Positions 52,231 through 62,859 of a DNA stretch of 64,000 nt are shown one piece after another. The stretch spans positions 288,001 through 352,000 of the forward strand of contig JBJBEO010000001.1 in the NCBI GenBank assembly GCA_047284725.1, written 5' to 3'. A program made the translations under genes and the position numbers. Within the stretch, counting starts at the first letter, position 1. Each line of letters begins with the position of its first letter. Source of the DNA: Synechococcus sp. (GTDB lineage Bacteria; Cyanobacteriota; Cyanobacteriia; PCC-6307; Cyanobiaceae). The notes under the pieces were generated by a model that saw nothing but the letters and a program-made list of their open reading frames with translations, did no database searches and had not been told where the DNA came from.

Positions 52231-54146
52231 TGGCGGAAAAAGGCTTCGGTGGCCTCCAGTACGGCCACCTGAACCGCGCTGTCGCGGAAGCCATGGCCTT
52301 CGTCCGGGAAGGTGCACACCTCCACGGGCACCCCATTGCTGCGCAGAGCTGAGGCCATCCGTTCGGTCTGCTCTGGCAGCACCACCTGATCTTTGAGGCC
52401 TTGGAAAAAGATGACCGGACAGCGGATCCGTTCGGCATGCTGCAGGGGGGAGCGACGTTCGTAGCGCTGCTGAGCTTGAGGCCATGGGCCCACCAGGCCA
52501 TCCAGGTAACGGGCTTCAAATCGATGGGTGTCGGAGGCCATGGTCTTCAGATCGCTGACGGCATAGCGGCATGCGCCGGCGCGGAAGATGTCCGTGAAAC
52601 AGAGGCAGGCCAGGGTGGTGAAGCCGCCGGCACTGCCGCCTTCCATGGCGATCTGATCGGGGTTGGCTTTGCCACGGGCGATCAGGGCCTTGGCGGCAGC
52701 GGCGCAGTCCTCGACATCCACCGCGCCCCAGCCTCCCTGCAAGCGATCTCGGTACGCACGTCCGAAGCCGGTGGATCCGCCGTAATTCACATCCACGACG
52801 CCCCAGCCCCGGGAGGTCCAGAACTGGATACCGAGATTGAGGCCTGTGCGTGCCATTGCCGTTGGGCCGCTGTGGCCCTTCACGAGGAGGGGAGCGGGGG
52901 AGGTCTGACCCGTCATCGGCGGGTAATACCAGGCATGGGTGCGTTGGCCACCAGCGCCCTCAAACCAGAGGGCCTCTGCATGGCTGATCTGCGCTGCGGG
53001 AAAAACCGCAGGGCTGGCTTGTGTGTGGCTCCATTCGCCGCTGGCGAGGTCGAGCTCCAGCAGACCCATGCCGGCACCGCCATGGCTGGCGATGGCAACC
53101 GCCCGTCCGTCTCGAGCCCGAAGGCCTGCCAGGTCGTCGAAGGGCTGCTCAACCATGGTCACCGTTCCATCGGTACCAAGACGGTCCAGGTGCCAGCGGC
53201 CCTGCTCGCAGACCGCTGCCAGCACCGCGTTCCCCTCCCATGCGGTGGTGCTCATGCCGTAGATCCATTGCGGCATCGCTGTTTCAGCCTGAAGAGGCCA
53301 GGGGCGTTCCCACGAGACCGACTCTGCCTCTGGTCGGCAGTGGATCAGATTCCACCAACCGCTGCTGTCTTCTGCCACCAGCAGGCGACCGTCGGGCAGC
53401 CACTGGGGCTGAAAGACGGAAATCGGCTTGGTTGCGTCCGGTGTGCTGCCTGCCAGTGGCCTTGGCTGCTCCACTCGGCCGTCATCGCTGAGGGGTGTCC
53501 ACCAGAGGGTGCTGCAATCCCAGGGCATGGCTGGTTGTTCCCACTCCACCCAGGCCAGGTTGTTGCCGTCGGCACTCAAGGCCATATAGCCCGCGAAATC
53601 CTTGGGCTGATGCAGCACTTCCGGTGTCTGGTCGTCGCCATCGATGGCGACGCTTACCAGCCAGTCCTGGCCGTCGGCCTCCATCACGCCCAGCCAGCGC
53701 TGACGTGTGGCGTCAATCAGTCCGTCGGCCAAGGGGGCGCCGGGTTGGGTCAGGCGCCTCGCGGGGGCCAGCGCTTGCAGTGCGTCGTGACCGGACTCGT
53801 GTTGATCCAGTCCGACCCAGCGCTGGCTCCAGAGGCAGCCATCGCTGTCATTGATCCAGGCGAGCAGCAGCTCGTCACCGTCGCGATGACAGGCGAGCAC
53901 GCCACCGCCGTAATCGTGCACACGACTGCGAAGGTTGTAGGGCGCTGGTGTCAGCTCCTGGGGGGATGAGGTCTGGGTGCGCCAGGGTCGGATCAGCGCT
54001 GTGGTGCGTCCCTTTTCCCTGGGGCGTTGCTCCAGCCAGATCACCCAGTCCCCAAGCAGTTGGGGGTCCCGCAGCACCGGACTGCGGCCCAGGGCGATGT
54101 CGGCAGCCAGCGGGGCGGTCTGCTCCGGAACGGGTGGGGTGGGCAC
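52215..54146 (-). CDS. S9 family (prolyl oligopeptidase-like) peptidase
   Basis: HSGPT, GGSAGG nucleophile, D..V, EGHGF. Confidence 0.92.
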   Translation of the reverse strand: MPTPPVPEQTAPLAADIALGRSPVLRDPQLLGDWVIWLEQRPREKGRTTALIRPWRTQTSSPQELTPAPYNLRSRVHDYGGGVLACHRDGDELLLAWINDSDGCLWSQRWVGLDQHESGHDALQALAPARRLTQPGAPLADGLIDATRQRWLGVMEADGQDWLVSVAIDGDDQTPEVLHQPKDFAGYMALSADGNNLAWVEWEQPAMPWDCSTLWWTPLSDDGRVEQPRPLAGSTPDATKPISVFQPQWLPDGRLLVAEDSSGWWNLIHCRPEAESVSWERPWPLQAETAMPQWIYGMSTTAWEGNAVLAAVCEQGRWHLDRLGTDGTVTMVEQPFDDLAGLRARDGRAVAIASHGGAGMGLLELDLASGEWSHTQASPAVFPAAQISHAEALWFEGAGGQRTHAWYYPPMTGQTSPAPLLVKGHSGPTAMARTGLNLGIQFWTSRGWGVVDVNYGGSTGFGRAYRDRLQGGWGAVDVEDCAAAAKALIARGKANPDQIAMEGGSAGGFTTLACLCFTDIFRAGACRYAVSDLKTMASDTHRFEARYLDGLVGPWPQAQQRYERRSPLQHAERIRCPVIFFQGLKDQVVLPEQTERMASALRSNGVPVEVCTFPDEGHGFRDSAVQVAVLEATEAFFRHHLGL

Positions 54147-54251
54147 GGTTCTGGTGTGTTGGGTTGGCGGCGGTGGATGTCGTGGCCTTGACGACGAGCT
54201 GACATCGCGAGGTCTGCCTAAAATGACTCATCATTCCGTGTGGAACAGACC

Positions 54252-54857
54252 TTGGCTCGCAGCTTCGCTCAACTGGCACGGTCGGCTGAGAGGAGCAGCT
54301 CGTCGGTGGTGGTGGCGAAGGAGGCACTCGACGTTTCGCCGTTCGAGATTCATCAGCTGGGTGATGACGTGCTGCGTCAGGAGGCGAAGCGGATCAGCAA
54401 GGTTGATGAATCGGTGCGGGAGCTAGCCCGCGACATGCTGCGCAGCATGTACACCGCTAAAGGCATCGGGCTGGCCGCACCTCAGGTGGGCGTGCACAAG
54501 CAGCTCCTGGTGATCGACCTTGATCTCGAGACCCCCACCTCTCCACCCTTGGTGCTGATCAATCCCGAGATCACCTCAGCCAGCGCCACGGTGGACACCT
54601 ATGAAGAGGGCTGCCTCAGTATTCCTGGTGTGTATCTCGATGTGGTGCGTCCCTCCGCGATTCAGCTGAGCTATCGCGATGAAATGGGGCGACCGCGCAC
54701 CATGAAGGCCGATGGATTGATGGCCCGTTGCATCCAGCATGAGATGGACCATCTCAAAGGCGTGCTGTTCGTTGATCGGGTCACGGATGCTGGTGGTCTC
54801 AACAAAGAACTGAAGGATCACGGCTTTCAAGCCGATGATGTGCGTTCTCTCGTCTGA
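54252..54857 (+). CDS. def: peptide deformylase
   Basis: GIGLAAPQVG, EGCLS, QHEMDH. Confidence 0.96.
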   Translation: MARSFAQLARSAERSSSSVVVAKEALDVSPFEIHQLGDDVLRQEAKRISKVDESVRELARDMLRSMYTAKGIGLAAPQVGVHKQLLVIDLDLETPTSPPLVLINPEITSASATVDTYEEGCLSIPGVYLDVVRPSAIQLSYRDEMGRPRTMKADGLMARCIQHEMDHLKGVLFVDRVTDAGGLNKELKDHGFQADDVRSLV

Positions 54858-54875
54858 TCCTCAGCTCCCGATCTC

Positions 54876-55073
54876 ATGCCGATGAAACCCCTGGCTGGAC
54901 TGTTCCTGGCCCTCGCCTGTGTGCTGGGCATTGCTGCGACGGGTTCGGTGTTTGAGCTGGCCTACGGCAATCCTGAACTCGGGGTCGCTCCCACCTCGTG
55001 GATCCTCGGCCTCAGTGCCCCCGGCACGGTTGGGTCACTTCTTGTCGCGATTCGGCTCAACAAACCGGCCTGA
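54876..55073 (+). CDS. small membrane hypothetical protein
   Basis: Two hydrophobic segments, GSVFELAYG. Confidence 0.65.
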   Translation: MPMKPLAGLFLALACVLGIAATGSVFELAYGNPELGVAPTSWILGLSAPGTVGSLLVAIRLNKPA

Positions 55074-55131
55074 ACCCCCCTGACGGTCGGCGCTGCGACT
55101 TATACGATCCGCCCAAGAAGTCTCCCTCCTG

Positions 55132-55785
55132 ATGGTTCGCCCTTTCCCCGTCACCCTGGCTTTCACAGTGGCCGGGGCCACGTTGGCGTCGGGGCTGCAT
55201 CGCCCAGTAGAGGCCCAGGGCTCACTGTTCACGGCCGTGCCTGTGGAGCAGACCAATTTCATCCTGGTGGCTGCTCCGATCGGGAATGGTGAGTCATCGC
55301 AGCTCAACATCTATGAGCAGCGCACCAGCAAACGCCCCTGTTTTGCGGTGGCCGGCGGCGCACCAGCGGTCGTGGATCCGCTGCTGGCCAGTTTTGATTT
55401 CACGGGCATCTGCAACCGTTACATCGATGGCAATGGGTATTCCCTGCGCATTGGTGGTGATGACTTCGGAACGCGCTACCGCCTGTCGGTGGTGAAAACC
55501 AATCGTGATGTGGAGCTGCTGGCGATTCCGACCCGGGATCCCTCTCGCCCCACCATGGTGGTGGCCCGTGCCGGTGGTTCGGGGGCTGGCTTCCTGCGGT
55601 TGACGCTCGAGCCTGGTTGGAGCCTGATGCGTCGTCACTACGGCACCCGGTCATTGGGCCATCTCTACGTCTTCCGAGACACCTGGCCCGGCAGCGAGCC
55701 CGAGGCTATGCCGGAGCCCGCGCCGGAGTCTGTTCGGCAAGACGGGGAGGTTGATGGGGAGACTGAGATCGACGGGCGCAGTTGA
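55132..55785 (+). CDS. DUF3747 family exported protein
   Basis: VDPLLASFDFTGICNRYIDGNGYSLRIGG motif. Confidence 0.8.
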   Translation: MVRPFPVTLAFTVAGATLASGLHRPVEAQGSLFTAVPVEQTNFILVAAPIGNGESSQLNIYEQRTSKRPCFAVAGGAPAVVDPLLASFDFTGICNRYIDGNGYSLRIGGDDFGTRYRLSVVKTNRDVELLAIPTRDPSRPTMVVARAGGSGAGFLRLTLEPGWSLMRRHYGTRSLGHLYVFRDTWPGSEPEAMPEPAPESVRQDGEVDGETEIDGRS

Positions 55786-55833
55786 GGGGGGGGTCGGTTG
55801 CTACATTGACGGGCTGGAATCCACGCTTGTTGC

Positions 55834-56004
55834 ATGACTCAGGTCACGGTCGGAGAAAACGAAGGCATCGAATCAGCGCTGCGTCGCTTCAAGCGTCAGG
55901 TGTCGAAAGCTGGGATCTTTGCCGACCTCAAGCGTCTGCGTCATCACGAGACTCCGATCGAGAAGTACAAGCGCAAAGCACAGCAGCGTCGCCGTCGTCG
56001 CTGA
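55834..56004 (+). CDS. rpsU: 30S ribosomal protein S21
   Basis: Manual translation [56 protein letters not shown]; too short for the ORF track. Confidence 0.96.
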   Translation: MTQVTVGENEGIESALRRFKRQVSKAGIFADLKRLRHHETPIEKYKRKAQQRRRRR

Positions 56005-56106
56005 TTGGTTCAGAGTCGATTCCTCACTGAGGAATCGGTAGTTCCACTGGTTGGCTCGCTGGTTGTCTCTGATCAGACTGATCAGAGACGCCCGGTGCCT
56101 GCCGTG

Positions 56107-56250
56107 ATGGATCTGAAGCTCAAGGGAATTCGCCAATGGGTCGGTGAGACGTTGTCTCATGCCATTGGCAACCCACGGGAAGAGAAGATGCACCTTCCAC
56201 CACCGATCGGTGAGCAGCCTTTCCGTGATACACCTGAGCGGGCGAAGTAA
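56107..56250 (+). CDS. small hypothetical protein
   Basis: MDLKLKGIRQWVGETLSHAIG...PPPIGEQPFRD, 47 aa. Confidence 0.5.
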   Translation: MDLKLKGIRQWVGETLSHAIGNPREEKMHLPPPIGEQPFRDTPERAK

Positions 56251-56283
56251 GTCGACGCTGCGGTGATGCGTTGCCTTCATCAC

Positions 56284-57828
56284 CTAATCGGTGTTGGAGG
56301 CATCAAAGCTGCGGAAGCAGAGTGCTTCGGCCAGATCCCCTTCGGTGATGCTGGCTCGATCGCGTAGATCGGCCAGGGTTCTCGCCACGCGAAGCACACG
56401 AACCCCGCTGCGGGCGGTCAGTTGCCGCTGCCTTACGGCCCTCTCCCATCGTGCGAGCACAGCGCTGTCACCACCCACGCTCTCTCCCAGGGCACGACCG
56501 CTGAGCTCTGCGTTGAGGCATCCATTGGGATTCCTGGCCCCCATACGCTGCCGGGCCAGAGCAATCTGATCCGGTGTTGGCGCGTCGTCACAGGGCTGCA
56601 TCCTCGGGTTGCTGCTCACACTGGAGCGGATGTCGCTGCTGCTCAGGCGCTCAAGACGCAGTTGCAGGTCGAGGCGATCGAGAAGGGGGCCTGAGAGTCG
56701 TGCCCAGTACCGCTGCCGCTGCAGGGCTGTGCAGCGGCAGGCGCGGTCGGCATCGCCATGCCATCCACACGGGCAGGGATTGGTGGCAGCTACCAAGGTG
56801 ACGCGGCATGGGAAGTGGCACTTCATGCGGGCCCGACTGAGCAGCAGCACCCCTTCCTCAAGGGGTTGACGGAGTTGATCCAAGACACGTCTGGGAAATT
56901 CCGCTAGCTCGTCGAGAAAGAGCACGCCGCCATGGGCGAGGCTGAGCTCTCCAGGGCGGAGCTTGATGCCGCCACCCAGCAGTGCCGTCACCGAGCAGCT
57001 GTGGTGTGGGGCGCGGAACGGTCGCTGCCGCACCAGGCCCTCGTCGGCTGCCAGCACGCCGGCAACCGAGTGCACACGACTCACCTCCAGGGATTCCTGC
57101 CGGCTCAGTGGTGGCAGCAGCCTGGGCAGTTGCCGGGCCAGCAGGGTTTTGCCGCAGCCTGGTGGGCCCACCATCAGCAGATGATGACCACCGGCCGCTG
57201 CCAGGGCCAAGGCGGTTCTGGCCACAGGCTGGCCAACGATGACGTCTTCCGGAGTGTCGTCGGGAGTCCTGCTCGTGACGCTGGGGTGGCTGGGCTGTCG
57301 GTCTGTGGCCGTGTCGGGTCCCTGTTTCAGGAGTGCCACCAGCTGCTGAAGGGAACTGGCGCTCAGTACCGTCAATTTGGGGACCAGGGCCGCTTCCTGG
57401 GCATTGCTGTCTGGAACCACGAGCGCTCGTGCTCCCCTTGCAGCGGCAAGACAGGCCACGGCAAGAATGCCTCGGCACGGCCGCAGGCTCCCATCCAGCC
57501 CCAGCTCACCTGCACACCAGAGGTCCTTCAGCAGGGGAGCATCCAGTTGGCCGCTTGCGGCCAGGAGCGCCAGGGCGATCGGTAGGTCAAAGGCGGGACC
57601 TTCCTTGCGTCGGTCTGCAGGTGCCAGATTGACCACGACTCGCACCAACGGGCCGCGAAAGCCGCTGTTGCGCAGGGCTGCCCGCACCCGTTCCCGGGAC
57701 TCCTGGATGGCGGTATCCGGCAAACCCACCAACTGGAGACCAGGCAGGCCAGGGGCCAGATCGACTTCAACCGTGACCGGACAGGCGTCGAGGCCGAGCA
57801 GGGATGCGCTTTGGCAACGTGCCAGCAT
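56284..57828 (-). CDS. comM: YifB/ComM family Mg-chelatase-like AAA+ ATPase
   Basis: VGLPD..ESRERV, NLAPAD..KEG..FDLPIA, GPPGCGKT, PFRAPHHS, LDELAEF, NPCPCG, SGPLLDR. Confidence 0.9.
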   Translation of the reverse strand: MLARCQSASLLGLDACPVTVEVDLAPGLPGLQLVGLPDTAIQESRERVRAALRNSGFRGPLVRVVVNLAPADRRKEGPAFDLPIALALLAASGQLDAPLLKDLWCAGELGLDGSLRPCRGILAVACLAAARGARALVVPDSNAQEAALVPKLTVLSASSLQQLVALLKQGPDTATDRQPSHPSVTSRTPDDTPEDVIVGQPVARTALALAAAGGHHLLMVGPPGCGKTLLARQLPRLLPPLSRQESLEVSRVHSVAGVLAADEGLVRQRPFRAPHHSCSVTALLGGGIKLRPGELSLAHGGVLFLDELAEFPRRVLDQLRQPLEEGVLLLSRARMKCHFPCRVTLVAATNPCPCGWHGDADRACRCTALQRQRYWARLSGPLLDRLDLQLRLERLSSSDIRSSVSSNPRMQPCDDAPTPDQIALARQRMGARNPNGCLNAELSGRALGESVGGDSAVLARWERAVRQRQLTARSGVRVLRVARTLADLRDRASITEGDLAEALCFRSFDASNTD

Positions 57829-57890
57829 TGTTGTGAGGTGATGCATCGATCTGATGCCCCACCTGTCTCAGCAACTGTTCCAATCACTGA

Positions 57891-58250
<360 letters not shown>

Positions 58251-58274
58251 GGGCTGGTTGGACAGAATGGGGGC

Positions 58275-60254
58275 ATGACCACCACCCCCATCGCAGCGGC
58301 CTCCGGATTGGCGATCCAGCTGCGGAAGATCCGCAAACTTGCGCAGCCGTTCTTTCTGCCCCTCGACCAGGCAACCGGCTGGCAGTTCTCCGGACTGCTG
58401 CTGGCGTTGCTGTTCTGTGTCGGCGGCCTTGTGCTCTTTGCCCTGACGGGGCTGACCAACCTCTCGGAAAGCCTGCTCCCCGAGCTCACCGACAAGTATT
58501 TCGGAGGTGTCGCCTCCACGATCGATGGGATCTGGGGTGGCTGGTGGGGCGATGCCTTCTCAGGCCTTTTTCTCGTCGGGGCGGTGTCATTCCTGCTGAT
58601 GCGTCAGCAGCTGCGCAACAGGCGCTGGCTGCACTGGCTGATGCTCGGCGTGATTGTGCTGATGCTGCTCACAGTGAATGGCATCAATGCAGGAATCGGC
58701 TTCATCGCCAGGGATCTGAACAATGCCCTGGTCGCCAGGCAGGAGGATGGCTTCTACAGGATTCTGATCATTTACGCCTGTTGCTTCGTGGTGGCCCTGC
58801 CCATCCGCGTCACCCAGTTGTTCGTGACGGCGAAGCTGGGAATCATCTGGCGTGACTGGTTGTCGCGCAGCCTGATTGGCGACTACATGCGCAACCGTGC
58901 GTATTACGTTCTCAATCCCAATGATGAACAGGCAACCGATGTTGACAACCCTGATCAGCGCATCACAGACGACACGCGTGCGTTCACGGCTCAGAGTCTG
59001 GGATTCACGCTTGGGATCTTTGATGCCTTGCTCACCTTTTCCCTCAATATCCTGATTCTCTGGAGCATTAGTACAAAGCTGACGTTCTCCTTGTTCGGAT
59101 ATGCGGCGTTTGCCACCTCGGTGCTGGTGCTGGCTGGGCGTCGCCTGGTGCGAATCAATTTTGATCAGCTTCGCTATGAGGCTGATTTCCGCTTCGGTCT
59201 GGTGCACATCAGAAACAATGCGGAGTCGATCGCTTTTTACAAAGGTGAAGTTCAGGAGTCGGCAGAGACGACGCGTCGGTTGGGTTCGGTCGTCCAGAAT
59301 TTCAACCTGTTGATCATCTGGCAGGTCATCATTGATGTGATGCGCAGATCGACCAACTATGCAGGCGTTTTTTTCCCTTATGTGATCATGGCTGTCCCGT
59401 ACTTTGCGGGAGATATTGACTTCGGCAGTTTCACGCAGGCAATGTTTGCTTTCAACATGGTTGAAAGCTCCCTCTTCTTTGTTGTCAATCAGATTGAGGA
59501 GCTTGCCAAGTTCACCGCAGGAATCAGCCGTCTGGAGGGCTTCCAGAGCAAGGTGGAGCAGGTGGGCAGGGAGGTGATCCCGGAAGCTCAAACGTCTGCT
59601 GACGCCATTGTCGTGCGCCACACCGATCTGACGCCACCTGGGTCAGACACGCCGATTCTGCGGGATCTGAGCCTCACCATCGGTGAGTCAGAGCGCCTGT
59701 TGGTGGTCGGCCCCTCAGGCTGCGGCAAGACCTCGTTGCTGCGGATGATCAGTGGTCTCTGGCCTCCGACCAGAGGCGAGATTGAGCGTCCGGAGACAGG
59801 CGATCTGTTGTTCATCCCCCAGAAGCCCTACATGCTCCTGGGCTCCCTGCGGGAACAACTCTGCTATCCAGCCGAGGAAAGTCGTTACAGCGACGACCAG
59901 CTCCGCCACGTTCTGGAGGAGGTCAACCTCGGTGCCTTGTTGAGTCGTTATCCCGATCTGGATGTGAAGCAGGACTGGCCGAGAATCCTTTCACTCGGTG
60001 AGCAGCAGCGACTGGCCTTCGGCCGTCTTCTGCTCAACGCTCCGCGTTTCGTCGTGCTTGATGAAGCGACCAGCGCCCTGGATGTGGCCACGGAGGATCG
60101 TCTCTACAAGCTCCTGAAGGCGCGGGATGTCTCGGTGATCAGCATCGGCCACCGGCCAACGCTGAAGGCCTATCACGACAGTGTTCTGGCCCTGGATGGT
60201 CAGGGTGGCTGGCAGCTGTTGCCGGCCGCGAGCTATGACTTTGGGCATTCCTGA
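58275..60254 (+). CDS. ABC transporter fused permease/ATPase (ABCD/YddA-like)
   Basis: DNPDQRI, NAESIAFY, GPSGCGKTS, LSLGEQQR, LDEATSALD. Confidence 0.9.
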   Translation: MTTTPIAAASGLAIQLRKIRKLAQPFFLPLDQATGWQFSGLLLALLFCVGGLVLFALTGLTNLSESLLPELTDKYFGGVASTIDGIWGGWWGDAFSGLFLVGAVSFLLMRQQLRNRRWLHWLMLGVIVLMLLTVNGINAGIGFIARDLNNALVARQEDGFYRILIIYACCFVVALPIRVTQLFVTAKLGIIWRDWLSRSLIGDYMRNRAYYVLNPNDEQATDVDNPDQRITDDTRAFTAQSLGFTLGIFDALLTFSLNILILWSISTKLTFSLFGYAAFATSVLVLAGRRLVRINFDQLRYEADFRFGLVHIRNNAESIAFYKGEVQESAETTRRLGSVVQNFNLLIIWQVIIDVMRRSTNYAGVFFPYVIMAVPYFAGDIDFGSFTQAMFAFNMVESSLFFVVNQIEELAKFTAGISRLEGFQSKVEQVGREVIPEAQTSADAIVVRHTDLTPPGSDTPILRDLSLTIGESERLLVVGPSGCGKTSLLRMISGLWPPTRGEIERPETGDLLFIPQKPYMLLGSLREQLCYPAEESRYSDDQLRHVLEEVNLGALLSRYPDLDVKQDWPRILSLGEQQRLAFGRLLLNAPRFVVLDEATSALDVATEDRLYKLLKARDVSVISIGHRPTLKAYHDSVLALDGQGGWQLLPAASYDFGHS

Positions 60255-60263
60255 CCTCGCCGC

Positions 60264-60479
60264 ATGACCTCCAGCAGTGCTGACGCGACTCCCAAGGAGT
60301 CGTCGACCCGGTCAGTTCCGCCAACGAGTGCCACCACCTCCGATGTCCCTGCGTTTGGCTGGAGTGGCTACGCCGAAAGGGTGAATGGCCGTTTCGCCAT
60401 GGTGGGGTTCATGGCCGTGCTGGTGGTGGAGGCCCTTTGTCATGACACCTTTCTGCATTGGGCGGGCCTGATCCCCTGA
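60264..60479 (+). CDS. hli: high-light-inducible protein (HLIP)
   Basis: AERVNGRFAMVGF chlorophyll-binding motif. Confidence 0.9.
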   Translation: MTSSSADATPKESSTRSVPPTSATTSDVPAFGWSGYAERVNGRFAMVGFMAVLVVEALCHDTFLHWAGLIP

Positions 60480-60504
60480 ACGGCACGGCGATCCGCGGTT
60501 GCCC

Positions 60505-60996
60505 TCAGGGCAGTCGAATGATGTCGACCTCCCATCGTCCGCCTCGGCTCACCTGGACCGCCAGCGTGCGTCCGTCTCCATTCAGGCTCACATGCCGGGG
60601 CACCCCTGCTGGATTGATATCGAGTCGTTGAACAGCGGCGATGCTGCGTCGATAAAGCACCAGTTCCGTGCGGCCATCCCTCTGCCGCACCACAGCCAGC
60701 CGTTCGCCGTCGCTGCTGAGGCTGATGCTCACGGGTTGAGCATCAGCACGGTTGAGCCCCGGCGTGGCAACGGGGTTGCCGCTGCGCAGGTCAATCAGTT
60801 CAATGCGTTCCCTGCCGTTCCGGCTGGCGAGGGTCGCCAGCCAGCCCTGGACGAGGCTGGGGTCGCGCCGGGCTTCACTGCTGCGCTCCAGGGCCTTGTT
60901 GAGGGAATGCAGGGGGCGCACCTCATCGCCGGCGCAGCTCGAGAGCAGAGCACAAGCGATCGCGATGCCTGCGTGGGCCCAGCGGGGCTGGATCAT
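60505..60996 (-). CDS. TolB-like beta-propeller lipoprotein
   Basis: Lipobox LSSC; PD40-like repeats. Confidence 0.7.
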   Translation of the reverse strand: MIQPRWAHAGIAIACALLSSCAGDEVRPLHSLNKALERSSEARRDPSLVQGWLATLASRNGRERIELIDLRSGNPVATPGLNRADAQPVSISLSSDGERLAVVRQRDGRTELVLYRRSIAAVQRLDINPAGVPRHVSLNGDGRTLAVQVSRGGRWEVDIIRLP

Positions 60997-61550
60997 GGCG
61001 TTGGCTCGTCGCTGCTGAGCCGCAGCCCACCAGGCCGATCGGCCTCGAGCACCCCGCTCAGATCCAGGAGCTCCACCCGCCAGCGACCGCGATCGGACAC
61101 CTGCAGCGCCAGCCGTTGGGCGTCGGGGCTGAGGCTGAGGCGCACGGGATCATGGTTGCCCGGTGAGCGAAGCGGATGGGCACTCCCGGTGAGCCGATCT
61201 TCAATCACTGCCATGCGGCGATTGCCTCGCTGGGTGATGACCGCGAGGTAGCGACCGTTCCAGCTCAGGGACGGTGAGCTGTGGGGTTGATGGCGATTGA
61301 GGTGACGGGTGGGCAAGGGCTGACCGGTGCGCAGGTCGCGTAACTGCACCGTGGGACGCCCCCGCTGCTCAACAAGCACCGCCAGAATGTTGCCACTGCC
61401 ACTAATGGCTGGTTCCTGTTGCTGACGGTCGGTGACGCCGCCGGGAGCGCGTCGTGCGTCGGGGCCGCATCCCATCAGCAGCAGGCATGTTGCGGCCACC
61501 CATGCAGACCGACGTATCAGGCGCAACATCCTGGGCAGGAGCGCCTTCAC
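60993..61550 (-). CDS. TolB-like beta-propeller lipoprotein
   Basis: Lipobox LMGC; EPAISGSG, SPSLSWNGRYLA, SLSPDAQRLA repeats. Confidence 0.75.
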   Translation of the reverse strand: MKALLPRMLRLIRRSAWVAATCLLLMGCGPDARRAPGGVTDRQQQEPAISGSGNILAVLVEQRGRPTVQLRDLRTGQPLPTRHLNRHQPHSSPSLSWNGRYLAVITQRGNRRMAVIEDRLTGSAHPLRSPGNHDPVRLSLSPDAQRLALQVSDRGRWRVELLDLSGVLEADRPGGLRLSSDEPTP

Positions 61551-61568
61551 GGTTCAGTCCACCTGCGG

Positions 61569-62573
61569 TCAGTCGTCAAAGCGCGAGCTGTTGTCACGTG
61601 GGCGGGAGCTTCGCGGTGCTGGCCGGTTGGCCTCCCCCCTGCTGGAACTGGGGCGGCTCGATGCCGCGCGCGATGGACTGCTGGGGTCGCTCCCCCCACG
61701 CGGGGCAGACGTGCTCTGGGGCCTGGAGCCGCGGGAGGATGGGCTGAAGGCTGCATCTTCCGGGGCCTTGCGCATAGGTGTCCCCTGGGGAACCCCTGCA
61801 GGAGTGGGGCTGCTGCCGCCGGGAACAGCACGGCCGGAGGATGGAGACGGGCCACGATCCCGAGGGCTTCTCTCCTCAGTAGCTGCTCCTGGGGAACGCG
61901 CCGCACTGGGACGGCTGCCACGGCGTTGATCCTGGCGTTCATTGCGCCGGGAGCCGAAATCGGAGCGGCGATCAGAGGGATCGTCGCTGCGGCCGAAGCG
62001 GGCCATGCGACGTTCCCGTTCGCTGGTGTCGTTCCAGCTGTCGGCGGCATCGCCCTGGCCGCGGCGACGGCTGGCGGCCTGCTCGGGGATCGCAGCCTTG
62101 GAGGTGCGGCGTGGGCGGTAGAAGTCGCGCTCACCACCATCGCCGTAATCGTCATCGGTTCCGCCTTGGAAGCGACGACGCAGGGGCTGCGGTTCGGGTT
62201 CGTCGAATCGGTCGTAGGGGGCCTCCCATCCACCGTTCAGGCCACCCGCAGGGCCTCGGGCAGGAATGGACTCCTCGTCGAAGTAGGCAGAGCGTCTCGC
62301 CTGTTCGGTCGACACGCCCCGCAGTCTCACGCTTTCGTAGGCGAAAAACACCGTGGTGCTGGCGAGAAGAAACTGACCGAACTGCAGGATCGGGTCGAGG
62401 CGCCAGCCCTGAAAGAAAAGAATGCCGCCGCAGAGAAGGCCGATGGCAGCGAAAAACACGTCGTAATCACGTGCCAACGCAGGTTTGAAGCTGCGCATGA
62501 AGTAGAGAAGAGCTCCGCCAACGGCCAGCACGATGCCAACGATGCTGGCCCAATTCAGACTGGCATTAACCAC
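61569..62573 (-). CDS. ycf66: Ycf66 family protein
   Basis: LARDYDVFFAAIGLLCGGILFFQGWRLDPILQFGQ; disordered C-terminus. Confidence 0.92.
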   Translation of the reverse strand: MVNASLNWASIVGIVLAVGGALLYFMRSFKPALARDYDVFFAAIGLLCGGILFFQGWRLDPILQFGQFLLASTTVFFAYESVRLRGVSTEQARRSAYFDEESIPARGPAGGLNGGWEAPYDRFDEPEPQPLRRRFQGGTDDDYGDGGERDFYRPRRTSKAAIPEQAASRRRGQGDAADSWNDTSERERRMARFGRSDDPSDRRSDFGSRRNERQDQRRGSRPSAARSPGAATEERSPRDRGPSPSSGRAVPGGSSPTPAGVPQGTPMRKAPEDAAFSPSSRGSRPQSTSAPRGGSDPSSPSRAASSRPSSSRGEANRPAPRSSRPRDNSSRFDD

Positions 62574-62652
62574 AGATGCGGGCCCCCTGGCTACGGCGTT
62601 GGGCTACGACGATGCAGCCCTTTCACGTCAGTTTACGGAGTGCGCCAGTGGC

Positions 62653-62775
62653 TCAGAGCTTGCGGTCGACCTGGTCGGTCTGGCTCAGCAGGAACAGGCC
62701 GATGCTGGCAGGGATGACCACGATCACGGCACCCCACACGAGGCTGCTCAGAAAGTTGGCGAGGGAGGGGGTCAT
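62653..62775 (-). CDS. psbX: photosystem II reaction centre protein X
   Basis: MTPSLANFLSSLVWGAVIVVIPASIGLFLLSQTDQVDRKL. Confidence 0.95.
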   Translation of the reverse strand: MTPSLANFLSSLVWGAVIVVIPASIGLFLLSQTDQVDRKL

Positions 62776-62859
62776 AGCGCGGAAGCGACGGCCTGAATTG
62801 GAGGATCTTAAGGAGTGTCGGTCTCTTTCTACGATGCACCTTCGGATGCTTTGAGCTTT

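Noticed and set aside
52401..53969. Long antisense ORFs (this one, also 2238-3380, 25081-26298, 19673-20929, 61419-62717)
   Set aside because: Shadow frames opposite well-supported genes in GC-rich DNA, with no recognisable motifs.
56284..57828. comM as an integration hotspot
   Set aside because: The ORF is uninterrupted, with no adjacent integrase or repeats.
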